Shown one piece after another: positions 1 through 8,533 of a stretch of 35,983 nucleotides of DNA. The notes beneath the pieces were generated by a model. It did no database searches. It saw only the letters and a list, made by a program, of their open reading frames with translations, and had not been told where the DNA came from. A program made the translations under genes and the position numbers. Where the stretch lies: the IMG/VR virus record IMGVR_UViG_3300037482_000237, positions 1 to 35,983 of that record; one strand, 5' to 3'. Source of the DNA: a virus (Duplodnaviria > Caudoviricetes). Every line of letters begins with the position of its first letter. The stretch's first letter is position 1.

Positions 1-238
1 CGGCGGGGCCGAGGAGGGTGAGGACGTCTTCGCGGAGTGGGAGGGGGGCGTTGGTGTGGCTGTGGTGGGTGTGTCCGGTGCGGGGGGTGGTGTCTCGTTC
101 GAGGGAGGCTTCGAGGAGGACGAGTTGGTGGGGGATTTCGCGTAGCCAGGCGCGGATGCGGTGTTCGCAGCGGGTGCAAGCTGTGCGGTGCTGCTCGTCG
201 GGGCGCAGGTCTCGGTGGCAGGTGGTGCAGCTACTCAC
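1..238 (-). CDS. Zn-finger phage protein, probable late-gene regulator (partial, runs off window)
   Basis: Not in ORF track. Manual translation from GTG at 238: MSSCTTCHRDLRPDEQHRTACTRCEHRIRAWLREIPHQLVLLEASLER...APLPLREDVLTLLGPA. Two CxxC pairs; typical last gene of actinophage early operons. Confidence 0.6.
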   Translation of the reverse strand, partial: MSSCTTCHRDLRPDEQHRTACTRCEHRIRAWLREIPHQLVLLEASLERDTTPRTGHTHHSHTNAPLPLREDVLTLLGPA

Positions 239-392
239 GGTCGGCCTCGGTCTGGTGCTGGGGCTGGTTGGTGGGCAGGTCGACTTGCTGGCCGTTGATG
301 AGGTGTCGCCACCAGCCGGGGCGGCCGGGGATCGCTATCGGTGGCCATCCGGGTGTGGCGCGGACTTCGTAGGGCTGGGGAGGGGTGTTCAT
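231..392 (-). CDS. small hypothetical protein
   Basis: ATG at 392 with GGAGA RBS; stop overlaps the next start. Confidence 0.5.
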   Translation of the reverse strand: MNTPPQPYEVRATPGWPPIAIPGRPGWWRHLINGQQVDLPTNQPQHQTEADRE

Positions 393-509
393 GGGTGTCT
401 CCGGTGGGTGGGGTGGGGTCATTGGTACTGGTGGGTAGGGGTGTTGTCTCGCGCGCGGGCGCGTGCCTGCGATTGCGCGCGCGTGAACGCAGGCGCGCGC
501 GAGGTCCGG

Positions 510-1505
510 TCAGGCTTCGGCTTCCCAGTGCATGGCGTAGGCGTCGGTGTGGGGTCCGGGGTGGCGGGCGGGTCTGATGCAGTGGTCCGGGGTCATCGCG
601 TGCGTCTGGGCGGCGCACTGCTCGGGGGTCTGTTCGGCGTATCGCTTCACCGCAGTGACGTGCTTGTCGAGGGCCTCGAAGAGCTGGACGTTCGCGGCGG
701 TCAGCTCGCTGAGGCTGGCGGTCACGTCGGGTAGGCGGGCCGGGCGCTCGTCGAGGGCGGCGCGGAGTTCGCCCCGGTCGTCGATGAGGGTGTGCTCGGG
801 CTGGTTGGCGATGAGCGCGAGGACGTGGAGTCCGTGCTGCGCGAGGCGGGTGTTGCCGTTGTTGAACAGGTGGGTGGCGTAGTCGCGGACGCGTTCGATG
901 GTGGCCTCGGCCCGCTCGGCGCGCTCCAGCCGCTCGGTGGCGGCGTCGAACCAGTACTGCACGGCTTTGCGGTTGGCTTCCCGGGTGCTGTCGCGGTCGC
1001 GCTCGGCCCTTTCGGCGCGTTGTACGGCGCGGGCGCGTTCGGCCTCGGACTTGTTGGACGTGTTGTGGGCGATGCGGAGGAGGTCCTCGACCTGCTCGGG
1101 CGTGGTCCCGGCTTCGGTGGCCGGCTGGGTGGCGTCCTGCCCCCCGACGGCGGGGGCCTCGGCGTCAGGGTGGTGGCGCTGGACATGCTTGGTCCAGTGC
1201 GTGGGTGGGACTGCGGCGGTGTTGGGCCCGCAGTGGGGGCAGCGGACGGGGTAGCCGATTGAGGCGGTGAGGTCGGCGTACTTGATGCAGGTGTCCTTGT
1301 CGGCGGCGGGTTGTCCGGTGGCTTGGCGGGCGGTGTCCCGGATCCCGGCGACCAGCTCCTCGACACGGTCGAGCGGGATGCGGACGGGGACGCTGACGCC
1401 GTACTCGCCGTGAGACCAGAGGGCGACGACCGGCTGGTCGGTGAAGTCCCTGTCAGGGCTGATGGCGAGAAGGCGGCCCATGTCGTCGCGGTATTGGAAG
1501 GTCAT
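510..1505 (-). CDS. hypothetical phage protein (C2H2-like CPHC...HVQRHH, coiled coil, C-terminal C/H motif)
   Basis: Start trimmed to ATG 1505 (MTFQYRDD), which overlaps the upstream stop (ATGA); mosaic actinophage early protein. Confidence 0.7.
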   Translation of the reverse strand: MTFQYRDDMGRLLAISPDRDFTDQPVVALWSHGEYGVSVPVRIPLDRVEELVAGIRDTARQATGQPAADKDTCIKYADLTASIGYPVRCPHCGPNTAAVPPTHWTKHVQRHHPDAEAPAVGGQDATQPATEAGTTPEQVEDLLRIAHNTSNKSEAERARAVQRAERAERDRDSTREANRKAVQYWFDAATERLERAERAEATIERVRDYATHLFNNGNTRLAQHGLHVLALIANQPEHTLIDDRGELRAALDERPARLPDVTASLSELTAANVQLFEALDKHVTAVKRYAEQTPEQCAAQTHAMTPDHCIRPARHPGPHTDAYAMHWEAEA

Positions 1506-1798
1506 CGGGTGTTCCTGGTGGTGTGTGGGTGGCGGGGTGGGTTGGTGCAGGTGGCGATGTGGGGGAGGTGGAGGTTTTCGCCGGCTTCGGGGGTGGGGCG
1601 TTCGTGGGTGAGTTGGCGGACGATCCAGCGGCCGGTGTGGTCGGTGCGTACGGCTTGGTTGCCGTCTGTGTTGCGGTGGGCGTTGATGGCTTGGGGGACG
1701 CGGTTGGCGGTGGTGATGCACCAGATCACTTTGGTGAGGCATCTGGGGCAGTGGCCGGGGCCGTTGGGGGTGGGCGGGCGGTGGGTGTGGTGGGGCAT
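1502..1798 (-). CDS. small Zn-binding hypothetical protein
   Basis: CPRC...W...HIATC motif; coupled to the downstream gene. Confidence 0.7.
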   Translation of the reverse strand: MPHHTHRPPTPNGPGHCPRCLTKVIWCITTANRVPQAINAHRNTDGNQAVRTDHTGRWIVRQLTHERPTPEAGENLHLPHIATCTNPPRHPHTTRNTR

Positions 1799-1816
1799 GG
1801 CATGGGGTCTTTCGGG

Positions 1817-3064
1817 TCAGGTGCCGGTGGGGTGTAAGGCGGGTTCGGGCAGTGCGCGGGGTGGGGGGTGTGGTGGGCGTCTGGTGCGGCGGTGGGCGCG
1901 GGTGTCGGCGCATATGTGGCAGTGGTGGCCGGTGGACCACAGGCGGCCGGTTTCGCAGTCGGTGAGGCCGCAGCCCCAGCGGGGCAGGGCGGCGCCTAGG
2001 AGCCATCGGCCGGGGTCTTGGATGTCCTGGGTCATCAGGGACGCTGTGCGGGCTGTGAGGCGGGCGTGGAGGCGCTGTGGGGTGGCGTAGGTGTCGAGCT
2101 GGTGTCCGATGTCGCGGGCGATGCGGCGGATCAGGTAGGGGCTGATGCCGGGCAGGAGGTGCGCGACCGGCTCGAGGACGTGCCAGATCCGGGGCGAGAG
2201 GGTCAGGGGCGGTCCGGTGTACGGCGTCAGGTTCCGTGCCGGGTTTTCCACAGGGCCTCGCGCTACTACCTGATCTCGCCTACGGCGGATGGAACCACCC
2301 AGCTCCGTCTCAACACCGTCAGTCAGTCCAGTGTCTTCCTTAGTCGCGAGGGATCCGCCATCTGTGTCCGGACCCGATCCGCCATCTGTGTCCGGTTCCA
2401 CGGGGTCGGGGACGGGGTGGAGGGGGTGATCGTGGACGGTGATCTCGTGGCGGCCCTGACGGCCGGTACGGCGGTCCACGGTGATCCAGCCCAGCGCCTC
2501 CAGCTCATCGATGAGGCGTCGGGCGGAGCGCTCCGTGACGCCCAGCAGCTGGGCGAGCTCAGCGGCCGTCAGAGGCGTGTTCGTGGCGTCTGCGTAGGTG
2601 AGGGCGCAGTACAGGACGAACAGGATGGGGCGCAGGGTCTTGGCCGCCCCGACGGGTACGTACGCGAAGTGGTCGCCGGGTGCCGCTCGGCGCATGCGGC
2701 GTTCGGCGCTCTCACCGGTCCCTCCGTCGGCGGTGTGCCGGATCACGGTCATCTCGGGGATGCCGTCCGGGCCCGGGGCGGCGAGCTCGGCCAGGTGCCG
2801 CTCGGCGGTGCGTTTGGCGTCGCCCATGTAGCCGGCGAGGGTGGCGACCATGGCGCGGCAGTGGCGGCCGCGCTGGTCCAGGGCGAGGACCTGTGCGGCG
2901 TAGCGCACCGCGCCGTGCGAGTAGTGCCCGTTGCCCCATACCCGCTTGGCCAGCTTGATCTTCTGCCCGTGCCAGGGCGGCAGAACGGGTTCTGCCCGGC
3001 CCACGCCGCCGGCCCCGCCACACATGTGGCGGGGCTCGGCAGCGGGCGCGGACAGGAACGGCAT
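1817..3064 (-). CDS. phage replication initiator (two winged-HTH regions, C-terminal Cys cluster)
   Basis: Start at ATG 3064 (TGATG overlap). wHTH TAAELAQLLGVTERSARRLIDELEALGWITVDR; internal direct repeats; C-terminal CGLTDCETG...CHIC. Confidence 0.75.
   Translation of the reverse strand: MPFLSAPAAEPRHMCGGAGGVGRAEPVLPPWHGQKIKLAKRVWGNGHYSHGAVRYAAQVLALDQRGRHCRAMVATLAGYMGDAKRTAERHLAELAAPGPDGIPEMTVIRHTADGGTGESAERRMRRAAPGDHFAYVPVGAAKTLRPILFVLYCALTYADATNTPLTAAELAQLLGVTERSARRLIDELEALGWITVDRRTGRQGRHEITVHDHPLHPVPDPVEPDTDGGSGPDTDGGSLATKEDTGLTDGVETELGGSIRRRRDQVVARGPVENPARNLTPYTGPPLTLSPRIWHVLEPVAHLLPGISPYLIRRIARDIGHQLDTYATPQRLHARLTARTASLMTQDIQDPGRWLLGAALPRWGCGLTDCETGRLWSTGHHCHICADTRAHRRTRRPPHPPPRALPEPALHPTGT
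2244..2252 (+). promoter_or_regulatory. DnaA-box-like site
   Basis: TTTTCCACA matches the TTWTNCACA consensus and lies about 100 bp from the iteron-like repeats. Confidence 0.45.
2352..2395. repeat. iteron-like direct repeat (2 x 20 bp, 24-bp period) inside rep; putative origin
   Basis: GATCCGCCATCTGTGTCCGG at 2352-2371 and 2376-2395, next to an AT-richer tract at about 2318-2343. Confidence 0.65.
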
Positions 3065-3315
3065 CAGCCGGCGGTCTCCTCGTTCTGTTCCTGGTCGTGG
3101 TGGTCGGGGACGGTGTAGACGGCGCCGCAGGGTGCTGTGCGGATGCCGGGGCCGGTGTGGCGGTGCAGGGCGCCGCAGCCGCCCTCGCCGTCGCACTGGA
3201 CGGTGTACTCGGTGCGGCCGGAGGTGGTGATCGGTCCTGCGGGTACGGCGGCGGGGCCGCCCCAGCGCGGCGGGTCGGCGGGCAGCAGCGATAACTGCCG
3301 TACGGGGCCGGTCAT
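3064..3315 (-). CDS. small Cys/His protein coupled to rep
   Basis: CDGEGGCGALHRH...APCG; stop overlaps the rep ATG; TTA at codon 8. Confidence 0.65.
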   Translation of the reverse strand: MTGPVRQLSLLPADPPRWGGPAAVPAGPITTSGRTEYTVQCDGEGGCGALHRHTGPGIRTAPCGAVYTVPDHHDQEQNEETAG

Positions 3316-3707
3316 GACCGGCCCCGGGGACTCGGCGGCCGCTGCGACGTCGGCAGCGTGAGCGCGATCGGCCGCGGGCGGGGCTCGGTCCAGTCGTGGA
3401 TGGAGGGCCGGGAGATGTATCCCTCGGCCTCGAGGGAGTTCAGCGAGATCCGCGTGAACTTCCCGGTCAGGGCGGCGTCACGGGTCAGGTTCCGGGCGTC
3501 GGGGACCTGACCGGCCGGGAAGTGTCCGGTGTCGCCGGCGTGGTGCGCGAGAACCAGCGCGATGAGACGCGCGTTCGAATGCAGGTCGCCGGACATCACG
3601 GCCCGCTCCCACACACGGCGGTCGTACGGAGGCGGCGCGGTCGGGCTCTCGCGGCGCGGAGCCTGGGCGAGGAGGCGCGGGGTCGGTCTGGCGAGCGAGT
3701 CAGTCAT
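3312..3707 (-). CDS. winged-helix DNA-binding protein (replication-associated)
   Basis: Start at ATG 3707; LHSNARLIALVLAHHA...SLNSLEAEGYISR resembles HTH_36-type wHTH proteins. Confidence 0.65.
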   Translation of the reverse strand: MTDSLARPTPRLLAQAPRRESPTAPPPYDRRVWERAVMSGDLHSNARLIALVLAHHAGDTGHFPAGQVPDARNLTRDAALTGKFTRISLNSLEAEGYISRPSIHDWTEPRPRPIALTLPTSQRPPSPRGRS

Positions 3708-3709
3708 CG

Positions 3710-3931
3710 TCAGGCGTCCTTTCTGGGGCCGGGGCAGTCCCGTGCGTGGTCGGTGTCGATACGGGCGGTGAACTGGGTGACCTGCTCGCCGCCCTGGGTG
3801 GTGTGGGCGCAGCCGTGGCGGCAGGTGAAGCGGGCCGTCGGGAGGCGGAGCCACACTTCGCGTTTGTGGTGCCAGTCGCCGAGGTCGACCCACAGGCCGG
3901 GCAGGCCGGCCGGGGGCCAGGTGCTGCTCAT
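3710..3931 (-). CDS. small hypothetical protein
   Basis: CRHGC...HARDCPG motif; packed in the operon. Confidence 0.6.
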   Translation of the reverse strand: MSSTWPPAGLPGLWVDLGDWHHKREVWLRLPTARFTCRHGCAHTTQGGEQVTQFTARIDTDHARDCPGPRKDA

Positions 3932-3934
3932 GGG

Positions 3935-4096
3935 TCAGCCGCGGGGTGGCTGCGGCGGGGAGTTGGGTGCGGGGCGCGGTACACCGGGTTCGGTCCACCC
4001 GGCCCCGCAGCGGGGGCCGTCGCCGTCCGCTGTTGCCAGGAACAGTCCGATGGCCGCCGCGACCACCGCGGCCACCACGGCCCAGGTACGCGTCAT
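3935..4096 (-). CDS. small membrane/secreted protein
   Basis: ATG 4096 with GAGAGGA RBS; hydrophobic N-terminus WAVVAAVVAAAIGLFLA. Confidence 0.5.
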   Translation of the reverse strand: MTRTWAVVAAVVAAAIGLFLATADGDGPRCGAGWTEPGVPRPAPNSPPQPPRG

Positions 4097-4170
4097 GACA
4101 GGGGTTCCTCTCGTGCAGGAGGGGGAGGGCGGCCCGTCCCGGCTGCTGGTCGGGGCGGGCCGCCCGGTCA

Positions 4171-4713
4171 TCAGCCGGCCGCCGGTCTGCCGGGCGGCCG
4201 GGCGGGCGGGCGCCCGGCATACGGGTGGCCGGGCGGGCGGAAGGTGACGGCCACGACGTCCAGCCGGTCGCCCGGGGCGAGCTGGCCGAGCTGCTGGGCG
4301 TTGCGATATCCGGCGGCCAGCACCGCCACCGCGTAGCCGACGGCGCTCTTCGCGGTGTGCCCGGTGTCCATCAGATCGGCCAGGTCCCCAGCCAGGCCCC
4401 GGCCGACGTCCAGGACCAGGCTGGTGGAATCGGCCACGTGGCCGGACTGGTCGGCCAGGGCGGCCGGATCACCGGCCACCGGAGCGGGCGCCCGGTCACC
4501 GGCCGTACCGTGGTCGGCCACCCGGCCGGACTGGTCGGCCACGCTGTCCGGCAGGTCGGCCACGTCTGGTGGCTGGCCGGGGCCGTCGAGGATCCGGCCG
4601 ACCATGTAACGGGTCAGGCCCAGACGCCGGCCGATCTCCCGCCGGGATACACGCTCGTCGGCCAGGCGGCGGACCTCGGCCGTCTGGCCGACGGCGGTGT
4701 GGGTGACGGTCAT
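4171..4713 (-). CDS. HTH DNA-binding protein with internal 7-aa repeats
   Basis: ATG 4713 (ATGA overlap); VSRREIGRRLGLTRYMVGRIL HTH; VADQSGR-like repeats. Confidence 0.7.
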   Translation of the reverse strand: MTVTHTAVGQTAEVRRLADERVSRREIGRRLGLTRYMVGRILDGPGQPPDVADLPDSVADQSGRVADHGTAGDRAPAPVAGDPAALADQSGHVADSTSLVLDVGRGLAGDLADLMDTGHTAKSAVGYAVAVLAAGYRNAQQLGQLAPGDRLDVVAVTFRPPGHPYAGRPPARPPGRPAAG

Positions 4714-5297
4714 CGCCTGCTGCCGTCGTGGACGACGCGGCCATCGCGGACGATGGTGAGCCGCTGCGGCCCGGCCTCGAACCACAGCTCGTACAGCGGG
4801 TCGTCGGCGGCTTCGACCGTGAGGGAGCCGGCCATGTCCTCTTCGTCGCCCTCGGGGAGCGTGTGCGCGAGCAGCTGCATGCCCATCAGGCCGTCGCCGG
4901 CGTCACCGATGATGTACGTCTCGCCGAACACGGCCATCTGGCCGGCGGCTTCGTAGTGGATGTGGACCAGGTCGCCCGGGCGCGCCGGGTACCAGGGCGC
5001 TGACGTCAGGGCCTGGTCCCCGGCCATCAGGGCGCCGATCTCCCCGCCGAGGTCCCGGGCGCGCTTGGCGTCCTCGGCCTGCGCGAGCGGGGACCGGGTG
5101 TCGGGGGTGGCCGAGGGGCGGCCGTACAGGGCGGTGTGGATGCGGCGGGCGAGCATGCTCACTTCCATCCCCCAGGGAGTGGAGACGTCCTCGGGGCTGT
5201 CGCCGTAGAACTGGCCGTAGATGATGTCGGCGGGAGTGGCGTAGGAGACGGGCTGGCGGAGCGTCTCGGTGATGATGCCGAGTTCTACCTCACGCAT
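4710..5297 (-). CDS. hypothetical protein
   Basis: ATG 5297 with GAGGA RBS; globular-looking sequence (WYPARPGDLVHIHYE). Confidence 0.7.
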   Translation of the reverse strand: MREVELGIITETLRQPVSYATPADIIYGQFYGDSPEDVSTPWGMEVSMLARRIHTALYGRPSATPDTRSPLAQAEDAKRARDLGGEIGALMAGDQALTSAPWYPARPGDLVHIHYEAAGQMAVFGETYIIGDAGDGLMGMQLLAHTLPEGDEEDMAGSLTVEAADDPLYELWFEAGPQRLTIVRDGRVVHDGSRR

Positions 5298-5556
5298 GGG
5301 ACTGGTCCTCTTCGGTGGTGTCGGTGGTGGGGCGGGGAGTGCCGCAGGGCACGCAGGTCGCGGTGCCGCGGCCGTCGTCCTCGTGCGGGCTGCGCCGGGC
5401 ACAGGGGCCGTGGCAGGGCAGCAGCACGACCAGGCGCACGTCCTCACCCGCCGGGTCGAACGCGGCGCAGGAGGGCGGGGACGGGCAGGGGCGCCGCCGG
5501 GCAGCCCGCAGCGCGGTGTACACCGCGGAGAGCGCGGCGAAGTCGAGGGTCACCAT
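5290..5556 (-). CDS. small Cys-rich hypothetical protein
   Basis: ATG 5556; CHGPC...H...CVPCG. Confidence 0.5.
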   Translation of the reverse strand: MVTLDFAALSAVYTALRAARRRPCPSPPSCAAFDPAGEDVRLVVLLPCHGPCARRSPHEDDGRGTATCVPCGTPRPTTDTTEEDQSHA

Positions 5557-5744
5557 GAGGTGACCTCGAGCCAGACCGGGACGGCGACGCCCTGGCGTGC
5601 CAGGAAGGGCATCAGCCACTGTCCGGTGGCCCAGAAGCCTCCGTAGAACATGGCGAGCGTGGTCACGTTGGAGGTCACCGTCTTGCGGATGCGGCGGGCC
5701 AGCGGCAACTCGGCGACGTCCTGGCGGACCTGGCGGACGTTCAA
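5550..5744 (-). CDS. small hypothetical protein
   Basis: TTG start overlapping the upstream stop, with AAGGAAGG RBS. Confidence 0.55.
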   Translation of the reverse strand: MNVRQVRQDVAELPLARRIRKTVTSNVTTLAMFYGGFWATGQWLMPFLARQGVAVPVWLEVTSW

Positions 5745-6031
5745 GACGGACCTTCCTTGCGGTGGCGGCCTCCCGGCCGCGGGGATTCGGAGCCGGGTTC
5801 GAACAGGAGCGGGGGGTTGCGGGGGCGTAACGGGGGCTGGGTGGTCCGCGGCGGGGGGCGGTTCTCGTCCTGGTCGTCGAGTGCGGACTGGGTGGTCCAG
5901 AACACGCCGGCGATCAGGCCCAGGACTGCCATGAGCAGCACGAGGGGTTCGCTGCCGCCGGTGACGGCGAGCACGGTGAGGCAGGCCATGACGGTGGTGC
6001 AGAGCCCGGAGACGATGGTGACGGTGGACAT
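5741..6031 (-). CDS. small two-TM membrane protein
   Basis: ATG 6031 (TGATG overlap); two hydrophobic segments; TTA codon at 5828-5830. Confidence 0.6.
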   Translation of the reverse strand: MSTVTIVSGLCTTVMACLTVLAVTGGSEPLVLLMAVLGLIAGVFWTTQSALDDQDENRPPPRTTQPPLRPRNPPLLFEPGSESPRPGGRHRKEGPS

Positions 6032-6399
6032 CAGGCCATCACCGCCCGGCGCCTGACGTCGTGCGAGCGGCGGCCGTTGGCTGCCAGGCACGCCGCGCAC
6101 GCGGGCTCCCCCGCGCGCCAGTGCGCCTGATACCCGGCGTAGGAACCCCTGCCGCACCTGCGGTCCGTCCCGGGCACCAGGTCCCCCAGCGGGGGGAGTT
6201 CCCGGGTGGAGGCCAGGCCCTCGAGGTAGCCGGCCACAGCCGCGTCCAGGGCCGCACCGCGCAGCGTCCACGCCGTCATCTCGGTATCCGCCCCCAACTC
6301 GGCGTCCTCGCGGCCCCGCTCGAACAGCATCAGGAACAGGCGCCGGTCCTCCAGCGGCATGTCCGCACAGCGCAGCCGGGCGATCTGAAGCGGCGTCAC
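6031..6399 (-). CDS. hypothetical protein with C-terminal CG..GY..H.R.GE..C..C Zn motif
   Basis: GTG 6399 overlaps the upstream stop; motif common in actinophage regulators. Confidence 0.65.
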   Translation of the reverse strand: MTPLQIARLRCADMPLEDRRLFLMLFERGREDAELGADTEMTAWTLRGAALDAAVAGYLEGLASTRELPPLGDLVPGTDRRCGRGSYAGYQAHWRAGEPACAACLAANGRRSHDVRRRAVMA

Positions 6400-6857
6400 G
6401 GGGCGCCACCACCGGTCACGTCCTTGGCGGTCAGCCACCCGGCGGCCACGGCCAGCGCCACCGCATGGGTCAGGTCCCGCGCACCGAGGAGCCGTACGAT
6501 CCGGGCGCGCCGCGACTTCAGCGTGTGGACGCTCACGATCAGCCGCGCGGCGGTCTCGTCCAGCGTCTCCCCCCTCGCGGCCGCGGCCAGCGCCTCCCAC
6601 TGCGCAACCGTCAGCGGCCGCTGCACGGCGCCCTGCTCGCGGTCGGCCGCGTGAAGGTCGGCCAGGGCACCCCGGAGCCGTCCGACTTCCCCGAGGAGGA
6701 CCTGGCGCGCGCGGTCCATGTGGCGTGCCTGGCGCAGCAGATGAGCCTCGGCCTCGGTGCGGGGCTGCCAGGGCTGCCCCGGGTACGGGGCCCGGGGCAG
6801 GACCAGGCCGATACGGGCGATCGTGGCGAGGACGCCCGTCGGGATCGGCCCGCTCAC
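6396..6857 (-). CDS. LuxR-family HTH regulator
   Basis: LTVAQWEALAAAARGETLDETAARLIVSVHTLKSRRARIVRLLGARDLTHAVALA matches the GerE/LuxR HTH. Confidence 0.85.
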   Translation of the reverse strand: MSGPIPTGVLATIARIGLVLPRAPYPGQPWQPRTEAEAHLLRQARHMDRARQVLLGEVGRLRGALADLHAADREQGAVQRPLTVAQWEALAAAARGETLDETAARLIVSVHTLKSRRARIVRLLGARDLTHAVALAVAAGWLTAKDVTGGGAP

Positions 6858-7321
6858 CGGTCCTCAGCCCCGTCGGGGTGCTCTGCCGGGTGGACGTCGC
6901 CCCGGAGGGTGTCCTTCCCGGCCCCTGTGGCCTGGTCCTGCTTCGTGCGCCAGACCGCGGCCTCCTCCTGGGTCAGTGAGCGGGTGGCGTAGACCCTCAC
7001 ATCGACGCCGCCGACGACCAGCGCGGCCTCGCAGTACTCGAAGGCGTAGCCGTTGTTGGCGGAGTCGTGGACCTTGACGTCCACGTCTGTGCCGAGAGCC
7101 TCAGCCCAGGCACGGACGCCGTCGATGCCGCCGGCGCGCACCTCCAGCTGTGGCAAGCGGCTGTCCGGGTACCGGTACGCGGACGCGTGCAGCCGGATCT
7201 CCCGTACGGACAGACTGGGGTGCTCGGCCAGCAGCCGGCGGGCGACCTGGCTCGTACGGAACGCGGCGGCCTCGAACGCCTCGATCGTGTCGAGCGGCGT
7301 GCGCTCGGTGTCCTCGCTCAC
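6854..7321 (-). CDS. hypothetical protein
   Basis: GTG 7321 (GTGA overlap); VSEDTERTPLD... Confidence 0.65.
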   Translation of the reverse strand: MSEDTERTPLDTIEAFEAAAFRTSQVARRLLAEHPSLSVREIRLHASAYRYPDSRLPQLEVRAGGIDGVRAWAEALGTDVDVKVHDSANNGYAFEYCEAALVVGGVDVRVYATRSLTQEEAAVWRTKQDQATGAGKDTLRGDVHPAEHPDGAEDR

Positions 7322-8448
7322 AGGGCGCTCCCGGCGTCGGTGGGGTGGGTGTCCGGCTGGCAGGGGACGAGGTTGGAGTGGGCTTCCTTGCCGCAGCCGC
7401 AGCGGTAGCCGGTCGGGCCGTAGGCCAGCGGGTCCGGGGCCTGGGCGTGCGGGTCGACGGCGGCCGCCTGGGTGGACTCGGACTCGAAGCCCGGCTCGGG
7501 CGTGCAGATCCGCTCGCAGTCGGGGCACGGCCAGTCGCGGCAGTGCTGCCGCACGAAGTGCCACGCGCCGTGGCAGTCGCAGGCCCCGCCGCCGTCCTCG
7601 ACCTCGGCGGCCTCGGCGTCGGCCGCGCGGTCGGCGGCGGCCAGCTCGGCGCCAGCGCGTGCCATCGCGTCGGAGACGCACACCGGGCTGCAGTACCAGC
7701 GGGCCGGGCCCTCGTTACCGGCGACCTGCAGACGGGACCAGCCCCACAAGGCGGGGTCGGACTCGTCCAGGTCCTCCTGGGTGCCGCAGCCCGCGGCCGG
7801 ACACTTCGCATGGATGTCGCGGACCTCGGCGTCCAGGACGGAAGCGAGCGCCAGGCGCTCGCCGAGGTCCAGGGTCAGCACGGCCGACGCGCCGAGACCG
7901 GTCGTACAGCGCACCCGGGCCTCACCCGTGCCGCCGTACGGCACGTCGATGCTGTGGTCCCAGGTCAGCAGCAGCGGGACGTCTTCGCGGGGGTTCTTCC
8001 CGTCGGCGGCGGCGAGGATCTCGGAGACGGACATCATGTCGTGGTGCGGACGGCCGGCCAGCACGGAGCGGACCCCGTCCAGCTGAGCCTTGAAGTGCTC
8101 CATGGATCCGAGGCGCTCGCGCAGGTCCTCGATCTCGGCGCGGGACTCGGCCGCTCCCTGCTCACGGGCCGCGGTGGCGATCTGCTCGGCCCGCTGCGGG
8201 TCGAACAGCAGGCCCGCGGACTCCTGGCCGGCGGCGATCTCCAGCGGGCTCATGTGGCCCTGCTTCATCTCGGCGCGGATCACACCGGCAGCCGCCTGGA
8301 CCGGGGTCGCGGGCCAGGACACGCCATGGACGTCGGTGTGGACGCTGTCGGCGTGGGGCTGGCGGACACACGGCAGCTGGGACAGGACGAAGCCGGGACG
8401 GCGAGCACCGCACAGGGCGCCCGCAGGGGTCTGGGATGATGTGTTCAC
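7318..8448 (-). CDS. multi-Cys hypothetical phage protein
   Basis: GTG start with GAGGA RBS; several Cys/His clusters and a coiled coil. Confidence 0.7.
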   Translation of the reverse strand: MNTSSQTPAGALCGARRPGFVLSQLPCVRQPHADSVHTDVHGVSWPATPVQAAAGVIRAEMKQGHMSPLEIAAGQESAGLLFDPQRAEQIATAAREQGAAESRAEIEDLRERLGSMEHFKAQLDGVRSVLAGRPHHDMMSVSEILAAADGKNPREDVPLLLTWDHSIDVPYGGTGEARVRCTTGLGASAVLTLDLGERLALASVLDAEVRDIHAKCPAAGCGTQEDLDESDPALWGWSRLQVAGNEGPARWYCSPVCVSDAMARAGAELAAADRAADAEAAEVEDGGGACDCHGAWHFVRQHCRDWPCPDCERICTPEPGFESESTQAAAVDPHAQAPDPLAYGPTGYRCGCGKEAHSNLVPCQPDTHPTDAGSAL

Positions 8449-8482
8449 GGTGTCCTCGTTTCAGTCGATGAGGTCTTACCGA

Positions 8483-8529
8483 GGGGTCGTGTTCCGGGGT
8501 CCAGCCGGACGCGGCCCCGACTTTCTTCT
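8483..8529 (+). terminator. intrinsic terminator-like hairpin facing antisense to the early operon
   Basis: GGGGTCGTGTTCCGG / CCGGACGCGGCCCC stem (G-U pairs only on +), followed by CTTTCTTCT. Confidence 0.45.
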
Positions 8530-8533
8530 GTGG

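Noticed and set aside
400-1880. G-quadruplex-like G-runs on the + strand
   Set aside because: Explained by Pro/Thr/His codons and the local skew; no independent evidence of function.
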